DNA of 64,000 nucleotides from an uncultured Candidatus Rokubacteria bacterium (GCA_963805625.1 CAWDVE010000014.1:96001-160000); one strand, 5' to 3'; shown: positions 28,810-38,410, numbered from the stretch's first letter. Notes: generated from the sequence alone by a model not told the origin. Numbers and translations: made by a program.

Positions 28810-30449
28810 GCCGCAAGCCTCCGCGCGAACGCCGCGAGATCGCGGAGGAAACGGTCCACCTCCACCGCCGCGTACCAGCGGGCGACGAGTCGCCCCTCGG
28901 GCAGGCCCTTGAGAGACGGCAGTCGCTGCCCCGAGAGACGTTCCGCGAGCCACTGACTCCCCTCCCGGGCGGAGCAGTTCTCCGGCACGCACCCGGCGAC
29001 GAACACGCCCCGGGCCCCGGCGGCGAGCGTCTTCGTGATCATGTCGGGGTGCAGCATCCCGACGCACGGAAGCCCCATCACCGTGACGCCCGGCAGGCCG
29101 ACCAGGCTCCCTTCCGGCGAGAGAGAGTCGCCGAGGCGGCTCATGAGCCGGCACGCGTAGACGACGACTGGCGGTCCCTCGCCTGCCGCCGAGGCGGCGC
29201 GGAGGCGCCACGTGACGGCCTCACCGAGCACGCTCACCGGCTGGTCGCCGAGGAGGATCCCCGCTGAGTCGCAAGCGCCGACACAGATCCCGCATCCCAC
29301 GCACTTCGCCGGGTTGACGACCGCCACCTGCTTGTAGCGTCCCCCTTCCTGGCGCGGAACCATAACGATGGCCTCGTACGGGCAGTCCTTCCAGCAGCGC
29401 GTGCAGCCGGTGCACGCCGAGTTCTCGATGCGGGCCTGCGGAGGAGCCGGCCCGCGCAAGAGCCACGGGAGCGCGGCGACCACGAGCCCGGTCCCGAAGG
29501 TGAGCGCTCCCCCGACCTTCGGGTCGAGTCCCGTGAGCGGGAAGTAGAAGAAGTAGAACCAGTCGATCGAGACGAGACCCGGGAGGCGCGACAGGTCGGC
29601 CGGCGGGCCCGAGACAGCCGGGCGCACGAGGCTAGCGACGACGAGCGCCGTCCCCGTGACCCACAGCACGACGCGGGGCGGCATGAACCGCGCCCGGGAC
29701 AGGCGCATGACGTGGAACCAGTAGGCCGCCCCCAGGAGAAACGGGATCGAGATGTGCGCGAAGAGCACCAGGAAGAAGAGGAACGTCTGGATGCGCTCGG
29801 AATCCACGAACGTGCGGACGAGCGGCTCGCCGAAGATGGGCAGGACGTCGAGGAGCTTCGCGGTCGTCACGGAGAGGATCTGGGCCTGCACATCCCAGAC
29901 GAGCCAGTAGCCGGTGGCCCCTGTCACCCAGACGAGCGAGAGAAGCGCGAGACCCGAGACCCATCCGATCCAGCGGGCTCCCCAGAATCGGTCGTCGAGC
30001 AGCATCTTCAGCCCGTGGAGCGCCGCGGCCAGGATCGCCGCGTCCGATGCGTAGCGGTGGAGCGACCGCATCAGGGCGCCGATCCCGAGGGGATGGACCA
30101 TGATCCCCTCGATCGAACGGTGGGCGGCCTCGGTCCCCACCCGATAGAACACGAAGAGGTACAGGCCCGTCACGGTAGCGACCGCCAGCGAGAAGACCGC
30201 GATCGTGCCCGAGTGGTAGAGGGGGTTCAGGGACGGGGAGACGATCCGGTCGAGCAGCACCTCCGCCCACTGATAGACGGTGGCGGCCCCGGAGAGCAGA
30301 CGACGGGGCCAGCGCGCCCGGCGGAGCGGGCGCGGCGGAAACGCCAGGAAAGGGCGGCGCGGCACCGGCGGCGCCGTTACCCCTTCCGACCCGGTCATTG
30401 GCGCCCCGACCATCGGGTCGCCGCGGTCGGTCCCGTCGGGCACCGTCAC
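28806..30449 (-). CDS. Cytochrome b - 2x[4Fe-4S] ferredoxin - MvhD/FlpD fusion
   Basis: His pairs LHRYASDAAILAAALH and AHISIPFLLGAAYWFH; DWFY; CTGCTRCWKDCP and CVGCGICVGAC; MvhD-like YAC, LPCVG, AGCVPENC. Confidence 0.88.
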   Translation of the reverse strand: MTVPDGTDRGDPMVGAPMTGSEGVTAPPVPRRPFLAFPPRPLRRARWPRRLLSGAATVYQWAEVLLDRIVSPSLNPLYHSGTIAVFSLAVATVTGLYLFVFYRVGTEAAHRSIEGIMVHPLGIGALMRSLHRYASDAAILAAALHGLKMLLDDRFWGARWIGWVSGLALLSLVWVTGATGYWLVWDVQAQILSVTTAKLLDVLPIFGEPLVRTFVDSERIQTFLFFLVLFAHISIPFLLGAAYWFHVMRLSRARFMPPRVVLWVTGTALVVASLVRPAVSGPPADLSRLPGLVSIDWFYFFYFPLTGLDPKVGGALTFGTGLVVAALPWLLRGPAPPQARIENSACTGCTRCWKDCPYEAIVMVPRQEGGRYKQVAVVNPAKCVGCGICVGACDSAGILLGDQPVSVLGEAVTWRLRAASAAGEGPPVVVYACRLMSRLGDSLSPEGSLVGLPGVTVMGLPCVGMLHPDMITKTLAAGARGVFVAGCVPENCSAREGSQWLAERLSGQRLPSLKGLPEGRLVARWYAAVEVDRFLRDLAAFARRLAA

Positions 30450-31327
30450 CCCCGCTCGGCGAGGAGGCGCGCGAGATCCGCCTCGATGCGCGTCTCCGGG
30501 TGCGCGAGCCCGCGGTAGGTAAAGGCGGCGCGTCCTGCGCGATCGAGCAGCACCACCACGTTGTCGTGGGCCAGCTCGCCGTCGGGCAGGCGCATCACCT
30601 GCACGCGGTGCGCCTCGGCGACCCGCCGCACCGCGGCGGGGTCGCCCGTCAGGAGATGCCAGCGGGGACCGAGACCCCAGCGCGCCGCATGCTCGGCAAG
30701 GACGGCCGGCGTGTCCCGCTCGGGATCGAGCGTCACGGCAACGAAACGCGCAGCCCCGGACTGGCGCGCCTCGAGCCCCTGCAGGCGTCCGAGGAGCGCG
30801 GGACAGGTCGCGTGACAGTTCGTATAGATGAACGTCAACACCGCCGGCGTTCCGCGCAGCGTCTCGGCCGTCACGCGCGCCCCGCGGTGGTCGACCAGGG
30901 AAAATGCCGGTCCAGGCGATCCGTCGCGGATCGGGGCGGGGAGCACCATCGGGGTTGGGGGCATTCCCGTCGCCGAGACCTCGGCGGTCGCGAGAAGCCA
31001 GGTCGCCGGCCCGAGGAAGAGCGCCGCGGCCAGGGCGACGGCGGCTCGACCACGCCACGCGCGGAGAAAGGCGCGGAGCTCGTCCGCGTAGAACAGGCCG
31101 ACCACCGCGACGAACAGCGGCGGCTGGAGGAGCGCCAGGAGCAGCGCGTCCAGCCGGTAGCGCCGAGCCGCGGCGTTCCAGCCGAAGCACGCCGTCAGGA
31201 GCGTGTCCGCCCACGCGCCGAGCCCGGGACCGACGAGAAGGAAGATGACCATGGCCGAGCCCCACACTAGCGCCGCCAGCACGAGGCCGGGAGCGAGGCC
31301 GGCGCGGGACGGCACGAGGCTCACCAT
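30446..31327 (-). CDS. SCO family copper chaperone with N-terminal TM domain
   Basis: FIYTNCHATCP; VTLDPERDTP; LAHDNVVVLLD. Confidence 0.88.
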   Translation of the reverse strand: MVSLVPSRAGLAPGLVLAALVWGSAMVIFLLVGPGLGAWADTLLTACFGWNAAARRYRLDALLLALLQPPLFVAVVGLFYADELRAFLRAWRGRAAVALAAALFLGPATWLLATAEVSATGMPPTPMVLPAPIRDGSPGPAFSLVDHRGARVTAETLRGTPAVLTFIYTNCHATCPALLGRLQGLEARQSGAARFVAVTLDPERDTPAVLAEHAARWGLGPRWHLLTGDPAAVRRVAEAHRVQVMRLPDGELAHDNVVVLLDRAGRAAFTYRGLAHPETRIEADLARLLAERG

Positions 31328-32205
31328 CGTCGGATCGCCACGTCCAGCGCCACGCCCAGGAAGAGCAGGAGGAGGAAGAGGTTGGACGCGTGGAAGCTCT
31401 GAAGGGCGAGCCGTCGATCGGTCGGATGGGCCCGGAGCCCTGCCTGGCGGATCACGAGCAGGCTCCCGCCCACCACGACCCCTAGCAGGAGATACACCCA
31501 GCCCAGGATCCCCAGGGCGAAAGGCAAGATGCTCGCGGTGAGAAGCCCGGCCGTGTTCAGGAGAATACCCCGGGCGGCGCCGGCCTCGCCCTTGACGACC
31601 GGGAGCATCGGGATCCGCGCGCCCGCGTAGTCCTGCTTGTAGGCGATGGCCAGGCTCCAGAAGTGGGAAGGGCTCCAGAAGAAGAGCACGAGCGCGAACA
31701 GGACGGGCGGCAGGCACAGCTCGGGCCGCGCGGCCGAGCCGCCGGCGAGGACGGCGAAGGAGCCGGCCAGCCCGCCGATCACCACGTTGAGCCAGGATCG
31801 CCGCTTGAGCCAGACGGTGTAGACGATGACGTACGTGAACGCGCCGAGGAAGACGTGGAGCCCCACCAGGGGGTTGAGCCGCCAGAATGCGAGGCCCACG
31901 CCGATGCCGACGAGGCCGAGCCCGAGCGCGACGACGTGCCAGACGTGCCGGATGCGCCCCGACGGCAACGGGCGCCGCGCGGTCCGCGGCATGCGCGCGT
32001 CCAGGTCGCGATCGAGAACGTGGTTGAGAGCGCCCGCCCCCCCGGCCGCGATCACCGTGGCGGCGAACAGGAACAGGAGCGGGGCCAGTGCCGTACCACC
32101 AGCCGCCGGCGCCGGGGGGAGGGTCGCCAGGTAGCCGAGGACGGCCGCGAGCCCGATGAACGTGCCGACCCGGAGCTTGAGCGACTCGACGTACGCCGAG
32201 ACCAT
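31321..32205 (-). CDS. ctaB: Protoheme IX farnesyltransferase (heme O synthase)
   Basis: NHVLDRDLDARMPRTARRPLPSG; YTVWLKRR; WSPSHFWSLA..DYAGARIPMLP. Confidence 0.93.
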   Translation of the reverse strand: MVSAYVESLKLRVGTFIGLAAVLGYLATLPPAPAAGGTALAPLLFLFAATVIAAGGAGALNHVLDRDLDARMPRTARRPLPSGRIRHVWHVVALGLGLVGIGVGLAFWRLNPLVGLHVFLGAFTYVIVYTVWLKRRSWLNVVIGGLAGSFAVLAGGSAARPELCLPPVLFALVLFFWSPSHFWSLAIAYKQDYAGARIPMLPVVKGEAGAARGILLNTAGLLTASILPFALGILGWVYLLLGVVVGGSLLVIRQAGLRAHPTDRRLALQSFHASNLFLLLLFLGVALDVAIRRW

Positions 32206-32215
32206 CGCTCCCTCC

Positions 32216-33685
32216 TCACCGCCCTCGCCGAGTGAGAGGGATGCCCACGTTGAGCACGAAGGCGAGCCCACCCAGGATAGCGAGAAGCGACCCTAACCCC
32301 ATCAGGTTCATAGCCACCAGCGCCTGGGCGTTGGCCCAGGTGAAGCCGAACGTCTTCCGCGGAGCTCCGTGGCCTCCTGCCCAGTGCATCCCCGCCATGA
32401 TCCCGAGAAGCCCGAGGCCGTAGAGGTACGGCTGCCAGCGCGCCACGCGCGCGCTCCAGAGCCGTCGACCCGAGATCTCGAGAAGGAGGGGCGCCAGGCC
32501 CATGTAGGCGAGTGTCACCGCGCCGACCATGCCGTGGTAGTGGGCCGGTACGCGCGTGTCCTGGTTGAAGCCGACGACGCCGAGGATGCCTCCCGTCGCG
32601 AACAGCGCCAGGGACAGCGCCGTTCCGGAGAACACCGGGCTCCCCCATGGCAGCCGGCCCGGCCCGCCGCGGCGGCGCCAGACCGCCACCAGCATGAGCC
32701 CGATCGGCACGGCGCCGGCGCCCACCCCCCAGAAGGTCGCGATCGTGACCAGGTGGTTCACGAGGAGCGCCTCGGGCGCGTACGCGAGATACAGCGCCGC
32801 GGTGACGAGGAGGAAGGGCATGAGTCCCCACACGCAGGCGCGCACAACGCGGCGGGGCGGGGGCACGATCCCCACCGCCACCCCGGCGGCGACGAGCCAG
32901 ACCGCGATCGTCCCGGCCACGTGGAGGAACTGCAGGAGATGCCCGGGTCCCCAGAAGAGGGCGCGGAGACGATAGCCGAACGGGACCTCGGCATGGAGTC
33001 GCGCGAGCGACAGAGCCATCACGCCGAGCGCCAGCAGCAGCGCCAGCGCCCCCACCGCCATCGCCAGGGCTTCCGGCACGTCCATCCCGCCGGGTCCGCC
33101 GGCCACTGGCGCGCGACGCCGGCCGCGCCCATACGCGACCAAGTAGGCGACCGCCTGCACGCCGACTCCGACCCCCGTCAGCGTCAGGCCGACCCAGAAG
33201 AGCGGATGGTCGATGGCCGGCACGTAGTCGGACAGATAGGGCTTCCCCACCCCGGTGAACGCCGGGACCGCAAGCAGCGCCGTGCCCGCAGTCGCCACGC
33301 CAAGGCCAGCCCAGGACCACCGGGCGCTGAGCGGCAGGTTCGCCCGCCAGGCGACGTAGACCCAGAGGGCGCCCGAGAAGGCGAGGAACCACACGGTGAA
33401 CGCGAACGTGACGTGGCCCACCAGCGCGAGCTGGAAGGCGCCGGCGGAGAACAGGCGGTAGACCACCGGCGTGCGCGCGAAGGCGGCGACCGCAGCGAAC
33501 AAGCCCGCCACGACCAGCGAGCCCACCGCCAGCCCGAGCCATCCGGCCAGAAGCCGTCGAGTCATCGCGGGGATCAAGCCGGGGGCGAGAGCCCGATCCC
33601 CGCGAGCGACAGCGCCAGTCCCGTTCCACATCGCCCCCGGAGAAAGCCCGGAGACCGACAAGGGGCCGTCGAAAGGCGTCATCAC
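32216..33685 (-). CDS. Heme-copper oxidase subunit I paralogue lacking the CuB His-His pair
   Basis: LALVGHV, FWGPGHLLQF and VPAHYHG present; no HH in the helix VII region. Confidence 0.78.
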   Translation of the reverse strand: MMTPFDGPLSVSGLSPGAMWNGTGAVARGDRALAPGLIPAMTRRLLAGWLGLAVGSLVVAGLFAAVAAFARTPVVYRLFSAGAFQLALVGHVTFAFTVWFLAFSGALWVYVAWRANLPLSARWSWAGLGVATAGTALLAVPAFTGVGKPYLSDYVPAIDHPLFWVGLTLTGVGVGVQAVAYLVAYGRGRRRAPVAGGPGGMDVPEALAMAVGALALLLALGVMALSLARLHAEVPFGYRLRALFWGPGHLLQFLHVAGTIAVWLVAAGVAVGIVPPPRRVVRACVWGLMPFLLVTAALYLAYAPEALLVNHLVTIATFWGVGAGAVPIGLMLVAVWRRRGGPGRLPWGSPVFSGTALSLALFATGGILGVVGFNQDTRVPAHYHGMVGAVTLAYMGLAPLLLEISGRRLWSARVARWQPYLYGLGLLGIMAGMHWAGGHGAPRKTFGFTWANAQALVAMNLMGLGSLLAILGGLAFVLNVGIPLTRRGR

Positions 33686-33689
33686 GGGG

Positions 33690-35363
33690 TCACCGCACGA
33701 ACCAGATCGCGGCCAGCCACTTCCAGTTGAGGAAGTAGTAGATGACGAACGCAGCCAGGAATACGAAGACCAGGATCATCGTCCCGGAGATCGGCGTGTG
33801 CTTGCCGCCCTCCGGGGCCATCGCCGCGAGCGGGACCGCGCCCGGCGTGTCGGGCACGCGGCTCCCGAAGAAGACGGACACGACCGTGAGCAGCACGTAA
33901 AGCCCGCCGCCCGCCGCTGCCAGGAGTCCGCCGATCCCCATCAGCCCGAGGAAGAAGAACGCGGCCGGCTCGATAGGCGGCTGGAAGATCGACGAAGCGA
34001 ACTGCACGTCCCAGTGACGGCGGGGGATCGCGTAGGAGCCGGCGGTCGTCATCCCGCCGGCGAACAGCGCGATCCCGATGCCGAAGAGGTAGATCTGGGC
34101 AGTGGCCAGGCGCGGCCAGATGATCCGGCGCCGGAAGATGAGCGGCACGACGTAGTACGTGAGCCCCATGAAGGCGAGCGTCGTGCCGGCCACGACCGTC
34201 GAATGGAAGTGCCCGGGGATGCGGAGGGTGTTGTGGGAGATGATGTTGACCTGCTCCGCCCCGAAGGTGACGCCCGTGATGCCGCCCATGAACCCGAACA
34301 GCGCGAGCGACAGCGCGAGCGCGGCGAACCCGGGGTTGCCCCACGGCGCCTTGGCCAGCCACTCGAAGAGGCCCTTCGAGAGCCCCTTTTTCCGCTGGGC
34401 GACCTCGACGGCCGCCGGCACCGTCATCCCGTGCACCATGCTCGCCAGCACCGCGAGGTACATCGCGTACGAGGTGTTGAAAACCTTCCACGCCGGGGAC
34501 AGCTGGGGATCGACGAGGAGGTGATGAGCGGATGCGAGGTTGATGAACAAGATGTAAAGGAGAAATGCCGTCCGGCAGACCTTCTCGTTGATGGGGACGG
34601 CGCCGACCGTCAGCGTGGCGAGCAGGTACCACACTGCCACCATGGCCGTGACGTTGATCTGCTGCGACGAGTGCCCGAGGCCCCACCAGACCAGCCGGTA
34701 CATGCCGGAGTCGAGATTCTGGATGATCCCGAGCGACCAGAGCCACGTCGGGATGTAGATGATGGCACCGTGCGCGAGGGTCGCGACGGCGATAATCGCG
34801 GCCGCGGCGGCGCCGAAGGTCACTAGCGGGATCGAGCCCTCGTAGGTCCGCTCGGCGCGGGCCACCACGAGGGTGGCGAAGAAGTTGGAGACACCGATCA
34901 GTGCCCCGACCGCGAAGAGGATCCAGCCGAGGTAGAAATACGAGACGGCTCGAAGCGGCACGTAGGAGGTGAACATGACGTCAGCGCCGCCCCGGAGGAT
35001 CGCGACGTCGATCAGGAGGGACCCCGCCACCATGAGCCCGAACCCCACCCATCCGACCCGGGGCCAGGCCACGCGGCTTCCGAGCAGGATCGGCCCCGCA
35101 AAGTACAGGACCGCCACCTCGAAGAAGATGATCCAGAAGATGAGCATGTTCATCCCGTGGAACGTGAGCGCCCGGTAGTACATCGCCGGCCCGAGCAGGT
35201 GGACGGCCGGCCACCGGGTCAGGACCACGAGCACCGCCGCGATGCCGCCGAAGAGGATCGCCAGGACCCCGGCCACGGCGTGGACCTTGATCAGGCGCTC
35301 GGCCGCGTCGTGGACGCGAAGACCGGTCTGGGCGCAGGTGCGAAACGTCGCTGTCCCGTTCAT
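33690..35363 (-). CDS. Heme-copper nitric oxide reductase subunit I, eNOR type
   Basis: LTFHG, WWGLGHSSQQINV (Gln where O2 reductases have the cross-linked Tyr), SAHHLL, PGHFH. Confidence 0.85.
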   Translation of the reverse strand: MNGTATFRTCAQTGLRVHDAAERLIKVHAVAGVLAILFGGIAAVLVVLTRWPAVHLLGPAMYYRALTFHGMNMLIFWIIFFEVAVLYFAGPILLGSRVAWPRVGWVGFGLMVAGSLLIDVAILRGGADVMFTSYVPLRAVSYFYLGWILFAVGALIGVSNFFATLVVARAERTYEGSIPLVTFGAAAAAIIAVATLAHGAIIYIPTWLWSLGIIQNLDSGMYRLVWWGLGHSSQQINVTAMVAVWYLLATLTVGAVPINEKVCRTAFLLYILFINLASAHHLLVDPQLSPAWKVFNTSYAMYLAVLASMVHGMTVPAAVEVAQRKKGLSKGLFEWLAKAPWGNPGFAALALSLALFGFMGGITGVTFGAEQVNIISHNTLRIPGHFHSTVVAGTTLAFMGLTYYVVPLIFRRRIIWPRLATAQIYLFGIGIALFAGGMTTAGSYAIPRRHWDVQFASSIFQPPIEPAAFFFLGLMGIGGLLAAAGGGLYVLLTVVSVFFGSRVPDTPGAVPLAAMAPEGGKHTPISGTMILVFVFLAAFVIYYFLNWKWLAAIWFVR

Positions 35364-35375
35364 CGGGGGGCCTCC

Positions 35376-35900
35376 CTACTCGACGATGATCTTGCCCACC
35401 ATCTGGTGGTGCCCGATCCCGCAGAATTCGTTGCAGACGGCGTAGACCTCACCCTTCTCGGTCGGCGTGACCGTGAGAACGTACTCGTAGCCGGGCAGCA
35501 CCATGAAGTTCAGATTCAGGGGGAACAGCGAGAACCCGTGAACCAGGTCGAGCGAGGACAGGTGGAGTCGGTAGGTTTCACCCTTCTTGAGTTTGACCAC
35601 CGGGTACCACTGCCACAGCCGGCCCAGCATGTAGACGTCCGCGCCGGGACCGGGCGCGACGACCGGGAACCCGCGGTCCTCCCCCACCTTGGTCTTCTGG
35701 ACGTGGGCCTCCACCTTCGCCTGGTAGTCGGCCGCCGTGATCCGGTAGGTCTCGAAGGACGGGTTCTGGCCGCCCTTCCAGTGCCAGAGCGGCATCATCG
35801 CGAAGAGGATCAGGCACCATGCCAGTGCGATGCCGAGCCAGACCTTCTCGCTCCGGTCGACCTTCTTCCACCACACGCCCTTGAGCGCCTGGATGCTCAT
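35376..35900 (-). CDS. CuA-containing subunit II (B-family/eNOR type)
   Basis: One TM; DLVHGF; CNEFCGIGHHQM CuA motif. Confidence 0.92.
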   Translation of the reverse strand: MSIQALKGVWWKKVDRSEKVWLGIALAWCLILFAMMPLWHWKGGQNPSFETYRITAADYQAKVEAHVQKTKVGEDRGFPVVAPGPGADVYMLGRLWQWYPVVKLKKGETYRLHLSSLDLVHGFSLFPLNLNFMVLPGYEYVLTVTPTEKGEVYAVCNEFCGIGHHQMVGKIIVE

Positions 35901-35909
35901 GGCGCCCTC

Positions 35910-36092
35910 CTACTTGGGGAGCTCGAACGGAGGGGCCAGCGGGATGCTGGCGATCTCGAGCAGTCCCCAGATCGTGTAGAACACGATCGGGACCGCGAGC
36001 CCCAGGACGAGCAGGAGGAAGATGTTGTCGAAGAAGATCTGCGCTAGTGGAATCCGCTCGCGTGGGTTGTCCGGGGGTGCTCCGTCCGTCAT
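35910..36092 (-). CDS. Small single-TM subunit (IIa-like)
   Basis: GGAGG RBS; QIFFDNIFLLLVLGLAVPIVFYTIWGLLEI; first gene of the operon. Confidence 0.78.
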   Translation of the reverse strand: MTDGAPPDNPRERIPLAQIFFDNIFLLLVLGLAVPIVFYTIWGLLEIASIPLAPPFELPK

Positions 36093-36164
36093 GCCGCGCC
36101 TCCTCCGGGAGCCACTGGCCGAGGCTCCTCGGGTGGAAGGCTAAGCGCCAGTGCCCCCCTGCTC

Positions 36165-36182
36165 CTATGACGAGGGTCATAG
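36165..36182. promoter_or_regulatory. Crp/Fnr-type operator upstream of the eNOR operon
   Basis: CTATGAC-GAGG-GTCATAG; centre about -42.5 relative to minus-strand -10 TAGCCT (36143-36138). Confidence 0.75.
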
Positions 36183-36356
36183 AGCGAGGTGCCCATGCCG
36201 GGATGGGGTGTTCGCATGAGCCTGGCCGCCGGAGACCCACGGCGAGCCGGCAGGGTGAGGTGCCGACGCCCCAGGTGGGGCGACGGCGCACCTCCACGGC
36301 GTCCGTCGTGCATGGCAGAGGACGGGCCCCGTGGGATTGGCGGGGGCGAGGCCACG

Positions 36357-36372
36357 TGGCACTTCTCGTGCA
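36357..36372 (+). promoter_or_regulatory. Sigma54 promoter upstream of the oxidoreductase operon
   Basis: TGGCAC-TTCTC-GTGCA, GG-N10-GC, about 44 nt before ATG 36416. Confidence 0.65.
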
Positions 36373-36415
36373 ATCAGGAGATGGGGCTCGCTTACGCGGG
36401 CCGGAGGTGAGTCGT

Positions 36416-38410
36416 ATGGCCGTCGCCCACGTCTCGGATCCGCTCCCGGCGGTCTCGTACGCGGGGCTGCCGGCGACGGCCGACGGCTCCGAGATGGTGG
36501 TCTGGGTGGAGACCCAAGTTTCCCAGGGGGCGTGCGCCTATCCGATCACGTCGTCGACCAACATGGGCGCGGGCTACCAGGCCGCCCAGGCCGCCGGCCG
36601 GAAGAACCTATGGGGCGAACCCCTCTTCTTCCTCGAGCTCGAGTCCGAGCACTCGTCGGCATCGACCTGCGAGGGCTTCGCCCTCGCCGGCGGGCGCGTC
36701 ACCAACTTCACCTCCGGTCAGGGCCTGGTCCTGATGAAGGAGGTGCTCTACACGATCGCTGGCAAGCGGCTGCCGGCGGTGTTCCACATCGGCGCCCGGG
36801 CACTGACGTCTCAGGCCTTGAACGTCCACTGCGGCCACGACGACGTCATGGCGGTTGCGGACACGGGCTGGGGGATCCTTTTTGCCCGGAACGCTCAGGC
36901 TGTCGGCGACCTCGCCCTGATCGCGCGGCGCGCTGCGGAAGAGTCGGAGACCCCGTTCCTCGTCGTCCAGGATGGGTTCCTCACCACCCACACCGTCGAG
37001 AACGTCCGCCTCCCCGAGCCCGAGCTGATGAAGGACTTCGTCGGGGATCCCTACGCCCTCACACGGCTCCGCAACCTCATGAACCCGGCCAAGCCCATCA
37101 TGTCCGGCGTCGTGCAGAACCAGGACGCCTACATGAAGGGCAAGGTCGGCCAGCGCTTCTTCTACGACCGGCTGCCGGGAATCCTAGCGCGGGTCACGGC
37201 CCGCTACGGCGAGCTGACCGGACGTCGATACGGCCTCGTGGAGACCTATCGCCTCGAGGACGCAGACTGGGCGATCGTCGGAATGGGCAGCCTGATCGAC
37301 ACCGCGATGGCGACCGCCGACTGGATTCGGCGCGAGAAGGGCTGGCGCGTGGGTACCCTCCACGTCACCGCCTTCCGTCCATTCCCGGGGCGGGACATCG
37401 TCGCCGCCCTCCGTCACGTCGCCGGCGTGGCGGTCATCGAGCGGATGGACAACCCGGGGGCGCAGTCCAATCCTCTCACCCTCGAGGTCAAGGCTGCGTT
37501 CGCCGACGCCGTGATGGACGGGACGGGGGACCCGGGCGATCTGCGCATCCCGGCAATCCACTCCGGTGTCGCCGGGCTTGGCAGCCGCGATATCCGGCCC
37601 GGCGACTTCGTGGCGACCGTCGCCAACATGGTCCGTCGCGGGTCCCGCATCTTCGCGCTCGGGATCGATCACCCCCTCGCGCTCCACCGCGAGGAGGACC
37701 CCGACGTGCGCCCCCCAGGGGCCTTCTCGATGCGCGGGCACTCGGTCGGCGGCTTCGGATCGGTCGCCACCAACCGGATCATCGCGACGGTCCTCGGCGA
37801 TCTCTTTCATCTGCGCGTCCAGGCCTATCCGCTTTACGGGTCGGAGAAGAAGGGCCTGCCCACGACCTACTATCTGACGGTCGCCGACGACCCCATCCAC
37901 GTCCACTCCGAGCTCACGCACGTCGACTTCGTGCCGCTCAACGACGTCAATGCGTTCCGGCTCGGCAACCCGCTGGCGGGGCTGACCGAGGGCGGCATGC
38001 TCTTCGTCCAGAGCACGGCGTCGGACCCCGAGGCCATCTGGGCGGGCATCCCCGAGGGCGCTCGCCAGCTCATCGCCCAGCGTGACATCCGCGTCCTCGC
38101 CCTCGACACGCTCAGGATCGCCAGCGAGGTTGCCGGCCGGCCCGAACTCCGGCAGCGGATGCAAGGGATCGTCCTCCTCGGGGTCTTCCTGCGGGTCACG
38201 CCCTTCCGCGAACAGCGCGGGCTCGACGAGGACGCCGTCTTCTCGGCCGTCGAGCGCTCCCTCCGGAAGGTCTTCGGCAAGCGCGGCGAGCAGGTCATCC
38301 GGGACAACATGACCGCGGTCCGGCGAGGCTACGAGGAGGTCGTGGAGGTTCCCAGGGAGGTCATGCGGGGCGCGGGGCGATCGGCCACGAGGAGCAGGGT
38401 CGGTGGATGA
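36416..38410 (+). CDS. 2-oxoacid (pyruvate):ferredoxin oxidoreductase, NifJ-like N-terminal half (alpha+gamma)
   Basis: AYPITSST, ESEHS, FTSGQGL, HIGARALT, DGFLTTH, FRPFP, SVGGFG, YGSEKKG. Confidence 0.9.
   Translation: MAVAHVSDPLPAVSYAGLPATADGSEMVVWVETQVSQGACAYPITSSTNMGAGYQAAQAAGRKNLWGEPLFFLELESEHSSASTCEGFALAGGRVTNFTSGQGLVLMKEVLYTIAGKRLPAVFHIGARALTSQALNVHCGHDDVMAVADTGWGILFARNAQAVGDLALIARRAAEESETPFLVVQDGFLTTHTVENVRLPEPELMKDFVGDPYALTRLRNLMNPAKPIMSGVVQNQDAYMKGKVGQRFFYDRLPGILARVTARYGELTGRRYGLVETYRLEDADWAIVGMGSLIDTAMATADWIRREKGWRVGTLHVTAFRPFPGRDIVAALRHVAGVAVIERMDNPGAQSNPLTLEVKAAFADAVMDGTGDPGDLRIPAIHSGVAGLGSRDIRPGDFVATVANMVRRGSRIFALGIDHPLALHREEDPDVRPPGAFSMRGHSVGGFGSVATNRIIATVLGDLFHLRVQAYPLYGSEKKGLPTTYYLTVADDPIHVHSELTHVDFVPLNDVNAFRLGNPLAGLTEGGMLFVQSTASDPEAIWAGIPEGARQLIAQRDIRVLALDTLRIASEVAGRPELRQRMQGIVLLGVFLRVTPFREQRGLDEDAVFSAVERSLRKVFGKRGEQVIRDNMTAVRRGYEEVVEVPREVMRGAGRSATRSRVGG

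Noticed and set aside
28806-29200. Hydrogenase or heterodisulfide reductase implied by the MvhD domain
   Set aside because: No NiFe/FeFe hydrogenase or HdrABC genes in the window; the domain is only part of a fusion
33690-35363. Annotation as a ba3/cbb3 oxygen reductase
   Set aside because: The His+4 residue in helix VI is Gln (HSSQQ), not the cross-linking Tyr, and the context is NO-related
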